DNA of 64,000 nt from Candidatus Micrarchaeota archaeon (GCA_021848065.1 JAJZNA010000032.1:35389-99388); one strand, 5' to 3'; counted from the stretch's first letter, positions 50,778 to 60,785 are shown. Notes: a model not told the origin generated them from the letters alone. Numbers and translations are program-made.

Positions 50778-51366
50778 ATTTAATCATCTCCTTTTCTACT
50801 TTTAATTCTTTCGAAATTTTCGACATTAGGCCCTTATCAAGCTTTTTCCCAAACAACTCATAAATGTGCAGCGCGTCCTCTATATCCTTATCGCTTCCTA
50901 GCCATATTTTGAATGGTATCTGTATCTCGAGCGGGGACATGAACAGTTCATTGCCATTTACTATAACCTTCATTGGCCCATTTAGTGACATATATTCGAT
51001 ATCTTTTTTCGGAAACTTGATTTCGAAATTTGGTATAACGGTGTCTTTCCTTGCCATTCTTATTGACAGTTGGCTCTGCAACCTGTCAAATGCATCTTCC
51101 ATGGACTCGGAATCTACTGGCCAATAACCAGTGCCTTCTGCTAAATCAAAGAACTTTTTAAAAGTATCAAAATCCACCTTGCCTATGAAAATGTCTATGT
51201 CTTCTGTAGTTCTTGATCTACCTAGGATTATGGCAACATATCCGCTTATTATGGCATATTTGATTTTTGACTTGTTGATCAACCCTACAAAATCTATTAC
51301 AAGTTTGTCCAGGTCCGACAACTCTTTGTCAAACTTCAGCACCTTGCCATCATATTCGAACTCCAC
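50764..51366 (-). CDS. nucleotidyltransferase-fold protein (minimal NTase-like)
   Basis: ISGYVAIILGRSRTTEDIDIFI fits the G(S/G)-x(n)-D-x-D motif. 200 aa. Confidence 0.45.
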   Translation of the reverse strand: MEFEYDGKVLKFDKELSDLDKLVIDFVGLINKSKIKYAIISGYVAIILGRSRTTEDIDIFIGKVDFDTFKKFFDLAEGTGYWPVDSESMEDAFDRLQSQLSIRMARKDTVIPNFEIKFPKKDIEYMSLNGPMKVIVNGNELFMSPLEIQIPFKIWLGSDKDIEDALHIYELFGKKLDKGLMSKISKELKVEKEMIKYGIT

Positions 51367-51532
51367 CCAATCCCCATAGTAAATAATATCATATACATTC
51401 AGGATTAATAAAGACTTAAAGCTTCTGCGGATTTCATTTATCTATAAATTATTAAAACCGCATTAGGAACTCCGCTCAACCGATTGGTGCGAGGGCCAGA
51501 CCCATGGACCTGACAAACAGATTATCAAAGCT

Positions 51533-52141
51533 CTACTTCTTCACATACGCGGCGCGCACGAATTTGCCTTTTACAACAATGCCCTTCACTCTCAGCCCGG
51601 TGCCGTGCGCAATCTCGCGCAGCTCCTCTACGCCTGCGCTGTGCATGTCCACAAAGCGATCAAGCATCCTGCCGCTCTTCACGCGTTCGTATATCCTTAT
51701 CTCCCCTCTGCGTTCCAGGAACCGCGAAAGGTACTGAAGGGACTCCTTCTTGTGCGCCCAGTGGTGGAATGATAGCGTGCTTATTATCATGCCGAACTTT
51801 AAACTGAAAGGAATGCGCCGGCTGTAGCCAAGGGCGAATTTCACCCCTCTATTGCCTTTTCTATTCCTGGCTATCCTGAGCATTGACGGCGACGGGTCAA
51901 CTGCGTAAATGCGTATCCTGCCCTGCCTGGAGGCAAGCATCTCGGGAAGCCTTCCGGGCCCAGTGCCGACATCAAGAAGGCTGAAGGCCCCCTTCTTTCC
52001 AAGTATGTCCAGGCAGGCGAATTCGTACAGCCCCTGCACCCCGCTGCTTGCAAAGACGTTGTAGATCCTGGACATCACGGGGCCGAAGCGTTCCTCTCCA
52101 TGCAGATCCATGCCTGCCGCTTTCATCTTTGCATTGCTCAT
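51533..52141 (-). CDS. class I SAM-dependent methyltransferase
   Basis: Motif I LLDVGTGPGRL followed by the acidic loop YAVDPS. Confidence 0.7.
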   Translation of the reverse strand: MSNAKMKAAGMDLHGEERFGPVMSRIYNVFASSGVQGLYEFACLDILGKKGAFSLLDVGTGPGRLPEMLASRQGRIRIYAVDPSPSMLRIARNRKGNRGVKFALGYSRRIPFSLKFGMIISTLSFHHWAHKKESLQYLSRFLERRGEIRIYERVKSGRMLDRFVDMHSAGVEELREIAHGTGLRVKGIVVKGKFVRAAYVKK

Positions 52142-52265
52142 ATTACCGCCTAATCCTGTCAGGGGACAAGGTTCAAGGTCCCTTAAAGGTATGGTGGCTA
52201 TCCTGTTTATAATGGCGCAGGTATGGCTGGCAACAAATGACTTGCCGCATTTGCGATACCGGGTT

Positions 52266-52880
52266 TTATTCCCTCTTGGAAATTAATGCCTTGGCTGCCA
52301 AGCCTATGCCTGGATTGGAAGCGAATGCGCTTGCGGCATCCTCATTGTTGCTTGCAGCAATGATCCTTGCCAGTTTGAACTGTATTTGCAGATCTATTCC
52401 AGGATTGCCTGCAAACGCGATTAAAATCGGCATTGCATCATTGCCTGCACGCATGTCATCTATTATCTTTGCAATGATCTCCCACTGGATCTCGGGAATT
52501 GCGCCAGGGTTTCCTGCCAGGATCTCAAGCAACCTGCTATCTGCATTGCCAACTATGTGCCTCTGAATGGGCTTGCATAGTCTGGGATTAGCTGCAAGGG
52601 CGTATCTGACTTCATGCACAATACTGTTGAAAAGAGCAGTCTGTATCTTAGGGGCTATGGCCGGGTTGGAGGCAAGGGCCGAAAGAGTTCCCTCTCTGCC
52701 ATTATTGACCATCACCAACTGTGTGTTAAGCCCTATCTTCGCATCCAGCGCCAGCGCAATAGCATCATCACCTCCACGCCTTATTACCTGGTATATTTCC
52801 TTATCAACCCATGCTTTAGGCATCGGGTCATCCTGCCTGGGGATCCTCCGTGTCACTGGTTTTCGCGCTAGTGGCAGCAT
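52266..52880 (-). CDS. leucine-rich-repeat-variant (LRV)/HEAT-like repeat protein
   Basis: Recurring LA(S/A/G)NP(A/G)I..(K/E/D)IQ units (ALASNPAIAPKIQ, LAANPRLCKPIQ, LAGNPGAIPEIQ, FAGNPGIDLQIQ, FASNPGIGLAAK). Confidence 0.55.
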   Translation of the reverse strand: MLPLARKPVTRRIPRQDDPMPKAWVDKEIYQVIRRGGDDAIALALDAKIGLNTQLVMVNNGREGTLSALASNPAIAPKIQTALFNSIVHEVRYALAANPRLCKPIQRHIVGNADSRLLEILAGNPGAIPEIQWEIIAKIIDDMRAGNDAMPILIAFAGNPGIDLQIQFKLARIIAASNNEDAASAFASNPGIGLAAKALISKRE

Positions 52881-52949
52881 ATTATCATCTCAAACGGTCA
52901 GATTGGTTATATATATGCCTTTTCCTGGCGATGAAGTACCGCGTGCGCA

Positions 52950-52966
52950 TTTTTATATGAGAAAAG
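52950..52966 (+). promoter_or_regulatory. second copy of TTTTTATATGAGAAAAG promoter motif, upstream of M48 paralog 3
   Basis: Exact 17-mer match to 29454..29470, located 40 nt before the ATG at 52990. Confidence 0.6.
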
Positions 52967-52989
52967 AGATTATTAATCCTGTAATAAGC

Positions 52990-53784
52990 ATGCATATTTT
53001 CAAACGCCACAGCCGTGCCCAGGTTAGCACTGCCCCAATGTCCAAGCTCAGTGCAAGCGAACTTGAAGCGCTAAGGCCCAAGATAGGGCTTGTCAAGGGC
53101 ATTGTGAGGGATCTCGGCCCTTCGATGGGCGCCGAATTCACGTCATTCGAGCTGGACCATGCAGGCAGCAGGACGCCCACCTTTGCGTCCATGCCCGGCC
53201 TCCCGGGAACTCTCGTGATTAATGCGCCCTTTCTGAATTCAGTGCCCCAGGAGCACCTGCGCGCCATACTTGCGCACGAGCTCGCACACGAGCGCCGCGG
53301 AGATGCTGAGAATTCAGAACGCCTGGCGCAAAAATTCAAAGGCAAAGTAAAGAACCTTAGTAACACTGCACTATTGCTTGCCATTGCATCCAATCTCGCA
53401 TTTGCAACATACAATCTGCTGGAGATGAACGGGCGCAGCATTGGGTCACAGCTGGAGGCCGCGCCCGGATTCCTTCTCAAAGAGTCTATTGCCGTGGGCT
53501 TGTCATACGTGGCTGTGGCTTCATTCACCAGGGCAATCAAGGCAGCATACAGGATTGCATTTGCACGCTATCTGCGAGGCACCGAGAGTGCAGCGGACTT
53601 GGAGGAGGCCAAGGTAATTGGTGTGGGCCCCATGGAAGAGCTGTACCTGTTCCTAGGCGCAGCGGAAGCCAAGAGAAGTATATCCCCGATATCTATCGCC
53701 CGGGGCATCTATGCACATCACCCCTCGCACAGCGCTTCAATCAAGCAGCTGCGCAGGGCTGCTACGGAGCTCGACCTTTCCTAA
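52990..53784 (+). CDS. M48-like zinc metallopeptidase, paralog 3
   Basis: Starts MHIFKRHSRAQ (parallel to MPIFKRHRAAQ) and contains HELAHERRGD, TESAADLEEA and AHHPSHSASIKQL. The first ~140 codons of the ORF-track ORF (52567..) are antisense to the LRV gene. Confidence 0.65.
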   Translation: MHIFKRHSRAQVSTAPMSKLSASELEALRPKIGLVKGIVRDLGPSMGAEFTSFELDHAGSRTPTFASMPGLPGTLVINAPFLNSVPQEHLRAILAHELAHERRGDAENSERLAQKFKGKVKNLSNTALLLAIASNLAFATYNLLEMNGRSIGSQLEAAPGFLLKESIAVGLSYVAVASFTRAIKAAYRIAFARYLRGTESAADLEEAKVIGVGPMEELYLFLGAAEAKRSISPISIARGIYAHHPSHSASIKQLRRAATELDLS

Positions 53785-53907
53785 TACCCTAAAGTTAGTG
53801 CATATTTACTTGTACAACCCTGCATTTCCTTCTAACCTGAAGGTACGGGTGCTGTGTCTTGCAAGTGTAAGGAGGTCAGGCTGCATATATATTGCCTGGG
53901 CCTATTT

Positions 53908-55119
53908 CTAAGGCCTCAGGACAAAAGAGTACGGATTTGGATTGCTTCCTGTTCTTACTACAGTTTCTCTAGCCGTATGGCGCAAGACAATGCCGCTGGC
54001 TGTCTCCGAAGTGTTGGAAAGGCCGTTATTCTGCGGTGTTATCACATTGAAGAGCGCGTTTGAGCCGTCCCCTGTCTGATACTGCATTGAGAGCTTGGCA
54101 TAAAGCGCTGTGAAGTCCGCATTGCTCGCCGAGCCGTTGTAGCCGCAAAACACGAGGGAGAAATCCTCCGGATAGCTGCAGAATGGCACTGAGGTGCATG
54201 CGTACTTTCCAGATAACGGCGCCGCGCCCGAGGTATAGAAGCCAATTCCAGAAACGTTGCTTATGTCTACGCTGGAACTGTAAACGCTATTGCCATTGAC
54301 GTAATAGCCGAACGAGACGCTGTTGCCAGAGGCCGTATCGACTATGCTAAGCTGCATAGGCAGGCTGTAATGCATGCTAAATCCGCTATAACGGCCTACA
54401 AAGTCAAAGGGCTTGCCGTTTTGAGTGGCCTTCTCGCTGTCACATGCCCTCTTCACGGAAGGGCTAGCTCCAGGCATGCCATAGTATTTGACGTAATTGC
54501 TGACAAGGTAGTAGAAGCTCAGCCTGCTTGTTTTGGTATTGAACTCTGCTACCGACTGGACGAACCAGTAAGGGCATCCTTTGTTGGTCTCCATCATTCC
54601 GTTTAGTTGCATAGAGCTTCCATATTTCATGTCCCCTTTCAGGCTCGGGCTGTATACTGCAAGCTTCTTTATGTAGGCATTGCCTGTTACTGCATCAGTG
54701 CCAACGGGCCTTATCACTTCAACGCCCGTCTTGGCATTGCAGGTAGTTATGCCTGGGGAATTTATGCCCACCGGGCTTTGGGCCTGCCAGGGCCCAGTAT
54801 AGACCTGCTGCGGCATTCCGTTCCCTTCTTGCGCACATACGCTTGATGACATGGATGTTGATGACACCGGGCCACCCTGGAACCCGCACGATGAAGCAGC
54901 AATTGAGAGGACTGCAGCAGCTCCCACTATTGCGGATCTCCTTGCGGCTCTCTTGAGCCAGCCTGCTCCTGAAGCTACCCCTATCCCATCAATCCCAGGC
55001 GCATGTACCTGTAGGGCATTCCTAACTGACATGGCAATCAAAAGCATATGCACGTGGTGGTAGATAAGCGTTTTCATAAACGGTTTATAACATGGCATGC
55101 GCGTTAACCACGGACCCAT
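53908..55119 (-). CDS. secreted thermopsin-like (peptidase A5-like) protein
   Basis: SSMQLNGMMETNKGCPYWFVQSVAEFNT matches the thermopsin pattern (S.QLN...YWvQ.Va..NT). N-terminal hydrophobic signal-like segment. Start uncertain. Confidence 0.5.
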   Translation of the reverse strand: MGPWLTRMPCYKPFMKTLIYHHVHMLLIAMSVRNALQVHAPGIDGIGVASGAGWLKRAARRSAIVGAAAVLSIAASSCGFQGGPVSSTSMSSSVCAQEGNGMPQQVYTGPWQAQSPVGINSPGITTCNAKTGVEVIRPVGTDAVTGNAYIKKLAVYSPSLKGDMKYGSSMQLNGMMETNKGCPYWFVQSVAEFNTKTSRLSFYYLVSNYVKYYGMPGASPSVKRACDSEKATQNGKPFDFVGRYSGFSMHYSLPMQLSIVDTASGNSVSFGYYVNGNSVYSSSVDISNVSGIGFYTSGAAPLSGKYACTSVPFCSYPEDFSLVFCGYNGSASNADFTALYAKLSMQYQTGDGSNALFNVITPQNNGLSNTSETASGIVLRHTARETVVRTGSNPNPYSFVLRP

Positions 55120-55220
55120 CTCGATATGGCATATCTTATATACTTGGCAATGCTAATTTCAGTCAGTGAAAACGGCCGCAGGCCTGATCTTCAACTGCCG
55201 TATAAGCTGGTAATGCCGAA

Positions 55221-56258
55221 ATGAAAACCAAAATTGCAATTGTCACGCTTTCATTATTGGTGTTGGTTGCGATAGCGCTCTTTGTATTCATGGGCGTTAA
55301 TCGTGCCCCTACAGGTGACACCACCACACTTCAACAGGTGCCCCACAGCTTCTCGCAGAGGTTTTGTGTCAACGGCCCAGGCAACGGGACTGTGACTGAT
55401 TTTGCGCTAAAAAATGGCATAAACTGTTTCAGAACAGACATATTCCTAAGCTCCAATGAGATCTCGTCCATATCAAACGGCACCAAGAAGGGCGCACAGT
55501 ACCTTGGCATACTGGACTACAACACCGTTGGAGCCCAGCCATCCGGAAATGGCTGCGTCTCGGGATGCAACTGGACCCTTGCCGACTGGAACGCGAGCGT
55601 TGCCAATGCCATAAGAGACTATCCCGATGTGAATGAATGGGAGATATACAACGAGCCGCTGGCATCGATATTCATCAGCGGGTACGACAACGGGAGCGCA
55701 CTAAACTATTTCAACATGATAAAGGGCGCATACACCATAATAAAGTCAAAAGAGCCAAATTCCACTGTTGTCTGCTTCGGCGGGGCGATGATGTATCCTG
55801 TGCAGAGCGCAGCCGCAGACTACCAATTCTACAAGGCCGTCTGGCAATACGGCGCATCAAGATACTGCGATGCGATATCCCTGCATGCATACAGCCTGCC
55901 ATATTACGACCTTAACCAATCCGTCTATGGGAACGTGACCCTGGGGCAGCTCTATAACTACACCCTTTTCATGTACGAGAACATGACAGGCAAGCCAATC
56001 TGGATAACCGAGACGGGCATAACTTCGAATAACTGGGTGCAAGGCCTCAACATGTCCCAGCAGAAGCAGGCATCGTTCCTCATGCAGGACTTTGGCCTGT
56101 TTGCAAGCCATCCTTACGTTAAACGGGTATATTGGTTCAACCTGCAGGGGCCGGCATCGGGAAATACGCCTGACTATGGCCTGCTCAACGCAGGCACGCT
56201 CCAGCCAAAGCCTGCTTTTGGCGCATTCCTCTACTTCTCCAGAAACAGCCTATCCTGA
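55221..56258 (+). CDS. signal-anchored clan GH-A glycoside hydrolase, family not assigned
   Basis: TM/signal segment IAIVTLSLLVLVAIALFVF, acid/base motif WEIYNEPL and nucleophile motif IWITETGIT. Confidence 0.6.
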   Translation: MKTKIAIVTLSLLVLVAIALFVFMGVNRAPTGDTTTLQQVPHSFSQRFCVNGPGNGTVTDFALKNGINCFRTDIFLSSNEISSISNGTKKGAQYLGILDYNTVGAQPSGNGCVSGCNWTLADWNASVANAIRDYPDVNEWEIYNEPLASIFISGYDNGSALNYFNMIKGAYTIIKSKEPNSTVVCFGGAMMYPVQSAAADYQFYKAVWQYGASRYCDAISLHAYSLPYYDLNQSVYGNVTLGQLYNYTLFMYENMTGKPIWITETGITSNNWVQGLNMSQQKQASFLMQDFGLFASHPYVKRVYWFNLQGPASGNTPDYGLLNAGTLQPKPAFGAFLYFSRNSLS

Positions 56259-56293
56259 ATCACGGTGCGCTCTCCCCAAAGCCCTGATCCGCC

Positions 56294-56893
56294 CTACCTC
56301 TTCGCCTGAATGAAGACTCCTGCCTCCTCTCTATAACTCCTCAACGTGTTGTCAAGCTCAACTAGCTTGAGCGCTATGTCGTGCATCTGCAGGTCGGATG
56401 CAAGCCCAGCGGCGAGATTATAGTATCCCAGGCTTATGCCATAGGCCAATGCGCGCCTGACATTCTCAAAAAGCTCGTAGCATAGCGCTTCAACTTCCTT
56501 TCCATCTGCAGTTGAAGCTGCATCGTTATTGCTTATGTCCAATATCCTATCCCTGATCATCTCATTCTCCTGAAAAATCCCATGTAGCTTCATGGAGGCA
56601 TAGCCTCTCCAGCGTGTGTATCCTGCCATTGCCCTATAAACCATCCTGTGGTCTTCCTGAGACCTGTGGTGCCTGTACACCTGCGCAAAGTGCGCCTGTA
56701 TCGTGAGCGCATTGTATGCTCCCTGATTCTGCTCAGGCGAAGTGAGCACCTCGCCAAATATCTCTTCAGCAAGCGCCGCTACGGCGCTGAATTTAGAGAC
56801 CCTCCCACGCGGCGTATCAACCTGTGCAAGGGCAGGGCTGTCTGCGCCAACCTTGGCGTTCATAAAAGACTGGTCCAGAATGCGTAGCTTCAT
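56294..56893 (-). CDS. hypothetical protein
   Basis: 199-aa ORF with helical-looking composition and no motif. Confidence 0.4.
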   Translation of the reverse strand: MKLRILDQSFMNAKVGADSPALAQVDTPRGRVSKFSAVAALAEEIFGEVLTSPEQNQGAYNALTIQAHFAQVYRHHRSQEDHRMVYRAMAGYTRWRGYASMKLHGIFQENEMIRDRILDISNNDAASTADGKEVEALCYELFENVRRALAYGISLGYYNLAAGLASDLQMHDIALKLVELDNTLRSYREEAGVFIQAKR

Positions 56894-56987
56894 CTTACCT
56901 ACCTGGTTTCACAATGTGTGGTATGTGCTGCCAATCCTATATACGGTATCCCTGCTGTCTACATTACCTGCACTGCCATCGTGCAAA

Positions 56988-57341
56988 TTACTGGCGCATA
57001 GGTGGTAGATCGCCCAACCTGCCATCGCCATACTGCTTTGGGATATCTTTTTTAAGCGCATTTCCTCCAGCGATGCTGTATGGACTTAATCCCACAAGTA
57101 TTTTCAGCCTATTCTTCGAATACTCTTCTAAACTCATGCCGTCCCCGGCCGCAGCTTGGTCAAGGTCAACCAGCCTTCCGGCAATGCCATATCGCACTGC
57201 CTCTGGTGCCAGCGGATACATTCGCTTCAACTGCCCTGCCACGCGCCCAATCTCATTAAGCCTTTCCGTGTCTTTCAGGGCTAGAAAACCCTTTTCCAAG
57301 GGAATCTTCTTAAACTCAGGAGTTGGCATCTTAAAAGCCAT
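56988..57341 (-). CDS. hypothetical protein
   Basis: 117-aa ORF with no motif. Confidence 0.4.
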   Translation of the reverse strand: MAFKMPTPEFKKIPLEKGFLALKDTERLNEIGRVAGQLKRMYPLAPEAVRYGIAGRLVDLDQAAAGDGMSLEEYSKNRLKILVGLSPYSIAGGNALKKDIPKQYGDGRLGDLPPMRQ

Positions 57342-57807
57342 GGAACCACATAACCCTATAATATTTCCATATATTTAAAACATAGCCTCCGGCCTTGCCG
57401 TATTTTCATCACCTACCCAAAATTAACCAGTGGCGTACCTATCTTCTGTGCAATGAAAGTCTATCCCGCAATCTGCTGCCGGGAATATCCTTTGTGACGC
57501 CAGGGATGCGATTAGGGATGGCGAATACGTAAAAGCCCGAACATTACTCATTACTGGATGGCGCATTGAATAGCATCCCCACAGATGTGTATGAAAGGGC
57601 CAGATCTGTTGCCCCTGTCAGGATGACCCTTGGGCGGGGTGCTTTGGGCCGGAAGCCGAAGACTGTACAGAAGAGGTGGCATCTCTTCAAGCCATTATAA
57701 GGGGCTGCGAGGAATAGCGCATCTTGCAAGGCTAAATCCTCAGCGGATTTATTGGACAACGCCTGGCCTCGTCAACCTATAAATATGAGATCCCTTAAAA
57801 TAATGTC

Positions 57808-58467
57808 ATGGCACTAAAACGCGCTCCGCATGCAGCCGGTGCGGTCGAATCAAGGCTTGTGGCAGGCGCAACCGATATAATAAGCGGGTCTGCAAAGGCG
57901 GGAAACCTTGTACCTCTGGTGCAGAAGGGCAGTCTGGGCAGGCAGCGCGCCTCTCCGGCGATTTTTATCACAACAGAAATCGTGAACGAGAAGCAGAAGG
58001 CCATGGTTGTGCCTCTTTCAGGAAGGGACGCTGGCAAGGTCTTGTCGGTCGCACTCAACGAGGAGGAGTCTCCAAGGGTAGCAAGGGATACATCTGGCAT
58101 ACTTGCCAGGACAGCAGAGTTTCGCAGCCTAATTGCTTCCACAGCAAAGTCGATAGTAAGCAGGCTTGGGGATGGCCAGAGCACATACGCCACCCGCGAT
58201 GACATAAGCACGGGCAGGGCAGTCCCTGGTAGCATAATCGCGATAAATCTGGGAACCTCAAGGGAACCGCGCTTCGAGGTCGCGGCATATCTGCACAAAG
58301 GGGACCTAAGGGGTCCGCGCAATGAATTGGTAAGCAGCAACCTGGTGTATGCGCTGCAACTCTCCGGCCCGGAGGCCGGCGCGGTGCTGGCTCCGCTTCC
58401 ACGATCGATATCAAACAGGCCCGAAGAGAGGATCCTTGACAAGCTGCACAGGATAATAACGCAGTGA
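57808..58467 (+). CDS. hypothetical protein
   Basis: 219-aa ORF. I prefer it over the fully overlapping antisense ORF 57795..58442, which is Ser/Pro/Leu/Arg-rich and shadow-like. Confidence 0.4.
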   Translation: MALKRAPHAAGAVESRLVAGATDIISGSAKAGNLVPLVQKGSLGRQRASPAIFITTEIVNEKQKAMVVPLSGRDAGKVLSVALNEEESPRVARDTSGILARTAEFRSLIASTAKSIVSRLGDGQSTYATRDDISTGRAVPGSIIAINLGTSREPRFEVAAYLHKGDLRGPRNELVSSNLVYALQLSGPEAGAVLAPLPRSISNRPEERILDKLHRIITQ

Positions 58468-58480
58468 GGGCCGCAGGTAT

Positions 58481-58894
58481 TTAACCTTCCTTCCTCAGCG
58501 CATGCCTTATGCCGTGGAGCATTCCCATCGCCTTCTCGATTTCCGCCCTATCCTCAGCGCCCAGGTCCTTGTCAACCTTTAACAGGCTCTCCTCTATCGC
58601 ATCAAGGAAGCCAAGCCACCTATCTGCATCGTCCCGTACCAGCCTTATGAATGCCTTGTCAGTAAGCAGAAGGTCCAGGGTCCTGAGCAGCGCCTTATTC
58701 TCATCTATGTTCTCATTGTTTCCGAGCCTTTCGGTTATGCTGTCCCTGAGCTCGTTTATGGTATCCGTATTGACTTCATCGTTCTTCTCGACCATCCTTG
58801 ACGCATCAGACGAGAACCTCCTTATGGAATTGTGGAGCTTTGAGAAGAGCTGGCCTATGCGCAGCCTGCCTATGCCCTCTGTTATTGATACCAT
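58481..58894 (-). CDS. hypothetical acidic helical protein
   Basis: 137-aa ORF with no motif. Confidence 0.4.
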   Translation of the reverse strand: MVSITEGIGRLRIGQLFSKLHNSIRRFSSDASRMVEKNDEVNTDTINELRDSITERLGNNENIDENKALLRTLDLLLTDKAFIRLVRDDADRWLGFLDAIEESLLKVDKDLGAEDRAEIEKAMGMLHGIRHALRKEG

Positions 58895-58982
58895 GTTACC
58901 TGATACAGCATTTTCTATAAATGTATTTAAACCGGAATGGAGTGCGCACTGATTAAATACCTTGGAAGCATAGTGTCAAAGC

Positions 58983-59315
58983 ATGAGGATGTGGGGCGTA
59001 GATCCTAGAAAAATGTGCAGGGAGCACCTTTTGGGGGAGCACAGCGAGCTGCATCTTGCAGTGTTTTTGTTGAGGAAGGGCGTTAGCCTGAGGGGCTTCG
59101 TAGAGAAGGGCCTTATGGATATCTCCCTAATTTCCAAAAGGCACGACGAGCTTGCAAAAGAGATGTCAAGGCGCGGGTATAGGCACACATCTTCCCTAAG
59201 AATAAGCAAAAGGGATCTGGCCAAGTGGCTAAAGGCGAATCCCTACGCCCCGTGCATCTCAACATCCTCAAACCGTAAAGAACTCAGGAGGAGGTGCAGG
59301 GAATGCCGCGTATGA
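58983..59315 (+). CDS. pyrimidine-dimer DNA glycosylase-like protein (endonuclease V/DenV family-like)
   Basis: MRMWGVDPRKMCREHLLGEHSELH...SKRHDELAKEMSRRGYRH fits the MR.W..P..L....LLgeH.E ... RH..L..Em.rRGy pattern. Confidence 0.55.
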   Translation: MRMWGVDPRKMCREHLLGEHSELHLAVFLLRKGVSLRGFVEKGLMDISLISKRHDELAKEMSRRGYRHTSSLRISKRDLAKWLKANPYAPCISTSSNRKELRRRCRECRV

Positions 59316-59325
59316 TGGTGACTGG

Positions 59326-60186
59326 ATGGACATATTGTTGGTAGGCGGGTCTGGATTTGTTGGAAAGAACCTTTATGCTAGCCTAAAGGGCAGGCATAAT
59401 GTAAGCATAATGTCAAGGCACATGCCTGCATGGATAAGCAGGGACCGGTGGGTCGAGGGTGACATAACCAAAAAGGATTCCCTGGCCAAAGCAGATATTG
59501 CGGATTTCGATGTTGTTGTGGACCTGGTCGCGGTGATAGGCCAGAAGGAGCAGATGCACAGGGATGTCAACGTGCTTGGCACAAGCAACCTCATAGAGAA
59601 GCTCAAGTTGGGCCGCAGGGCGCTTCTGGTTTACTTCTCCGCGATAAACAGCGACGCCGGCTCTACGGAGTATTTTCGCACGAAGAGCATGGCCGAAGGC
59701 AACGTTAGGGCGTATGGGGACTACCTCATAATAAGGCCTTCGCTGTTTTACGGCCCAGGCGATTATATAACCACCCAGCTGGCGAAGTCTGCACAGGGCT
59801 TCATTCCGGCATTCCCGCGCTCCAAGCCCATGTGTCCAGTATACATAATGGACTTTGACCGCATGTTCAGGGAAATTATCGAAAAGGCCCCAAGAAATGC
59901 CGAATACAACGTATGCAGCAATGAGATGCTCACGATGGGGGATATGCTTAACCTGATACGCAAATCCATGGGAAAGGGCGATGTGCCGCAGGTCCCGCTT
60001 GGCTTGTTCAAGGCATTGGGCCCCATGCTGGATGCCGCTGGGATAATAAGCCGCGAGCAGCTCTCAATGCTTGGGTATTCTTTCTACAGGGATGACACCG
60101 TCCTGTACCGATACATAAAGCGCCCTGTCAGGTACGCCGAATTTGTAGCGGAAATGGCAAGAAAGGGCTTTGCCAGTCCAACATAA
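59326..60186 (+). CDS. NAD(P)-binding extended-SDR/epimerase-family protein
   Basis: N-terminal ILLVGGSGFVGKNL Rossmann motif. The 286-aa length is typical. Confidence 0.65.
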   Translation: MDILLVGGSGFVGKNLYASLKGRHNVSIMSRHMPAWISRDRWVEGDITKKDSLAKADIADFDVVVDLVAVIGQKEQMHRDVNVLGTSNLIEKLKLGRRALLVYFSAINSDAGSTEYFRTKSMAEGNVRAYGDYLIIRPSLFYGPGDYITTQLAKSAQGFIPAFPRSKPMCPVYIMDFDRMFREIIEKAPRNAEYNVCSNEMLTMGDMLNLIRKSMGKGDVPQVPLGLFKALGPMLDAAGIISREQLSMLGYSFYRDDTVLYRYIKRPVRYAEFVAEMARKGFASPT

Positions 60187-60200
60187 ATCTGCATAGCCCC

Positions 60201-60785
60201 TCATTTACTGCATAACCTGAAATAGGACAGCAGGGCCTCACGTGTCAGGGAATCGTCAATTATGCCTTCATCAAGCATCTTCAGTATGCGCTGCCTGCCT
60301 AGCTTCACAGTGGATATTACCTCATCGCTGTCCAGCAATTTACTGCTCCTCTCAAGCCCCTGGGCAGTGCAGACCCATTCCATCGCATCTGTGGCATACG
60401 GCGCTATGGCTCGTTTGTATAGTACCTTTACCTCGGACGGGATGTAGCCCACCTCCTCTTCCAGCTCTCTTGCGGCGGCTTCTTGCGGACTTTCCCCGCT
60501 GTGGATATGGCCTCCGGGCAGCTCGTACACATACCCTCTCCTGCTCTTTCTTCCTGTGGCTTCAAGAAGCGCCGCACGATACTGCCTCTCCATAATCAGG
60601 GACCCATCCTCCAGAATCGGCAAGACCATGACGCAATCTTCTTCGTCTATGAAGTTGGACATGACCTTCATTCCCTTCACAATGTCCCTGGTCTCAAGCA
60701 CTGCAAACCCTGTTTTCCTGTTTACAAAGGCTCTGCGTCTTCCCAAACGCCTAGGAGAGCTAGCGTCCATGCTAGTCACTGGCAA
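60201..60785 (-). CDS. NUDIX hydrolase
   Basis: Nudix box GGHIHSGESPQEAAARELEEEVGY. Start uncertain. Confidence 0.75.
   Translation of the reverse strand: MPVTSMDASSPRRLGRRRAFVNRKTGFAVLETRDIVKGMKVMSNFIDEEDCVMVLPILEDGSLIMERQYRAALLEATGRKSRRGYVYELPGGHIHSGESPQEAAARELEEEVGYIPSEVKVLYKRAIAPYATDAMEWVCTAQGLERSSKLLDSDEVISTVKLGRQRILKMLDEGIIDDSLTREALLSYFRLCSK

Noticed and set aside
52567-52989. N-terminal 140 codons of the 405-aa ORF 52567..53784.
   Set aside because: This part is antisense to the LRV-repeat gene and has no counterpart in the two paralogous peptidases. The conserved promoter 17-mer and the MHIFKRH start place the real start at 52990.
57342-57807. RNase P RNA or SRP RNA in the long intergenic gap.
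   Set aside because: I looked for the GAAAGUCC / ACAGAA...GGCUUA P4 pairing and for the SRP helix-8 CC-GGAA-GG motif. Only partial look-alikes exist (atgaaagtct, gtacagaag, gccggaagcc), and the P4 strands are not complementary, so neither RNA is supported.
57795-58442. 215-aa minus-strand ORF fully overlapping 57808..58467.
   Set aside because: Its Ser/Pro/Leu/Arg-rich composition is typical of an antisense frame, and the plus-strand product looks more like a real protein. Neither has a motif, so confidence in the choice is only moderate.
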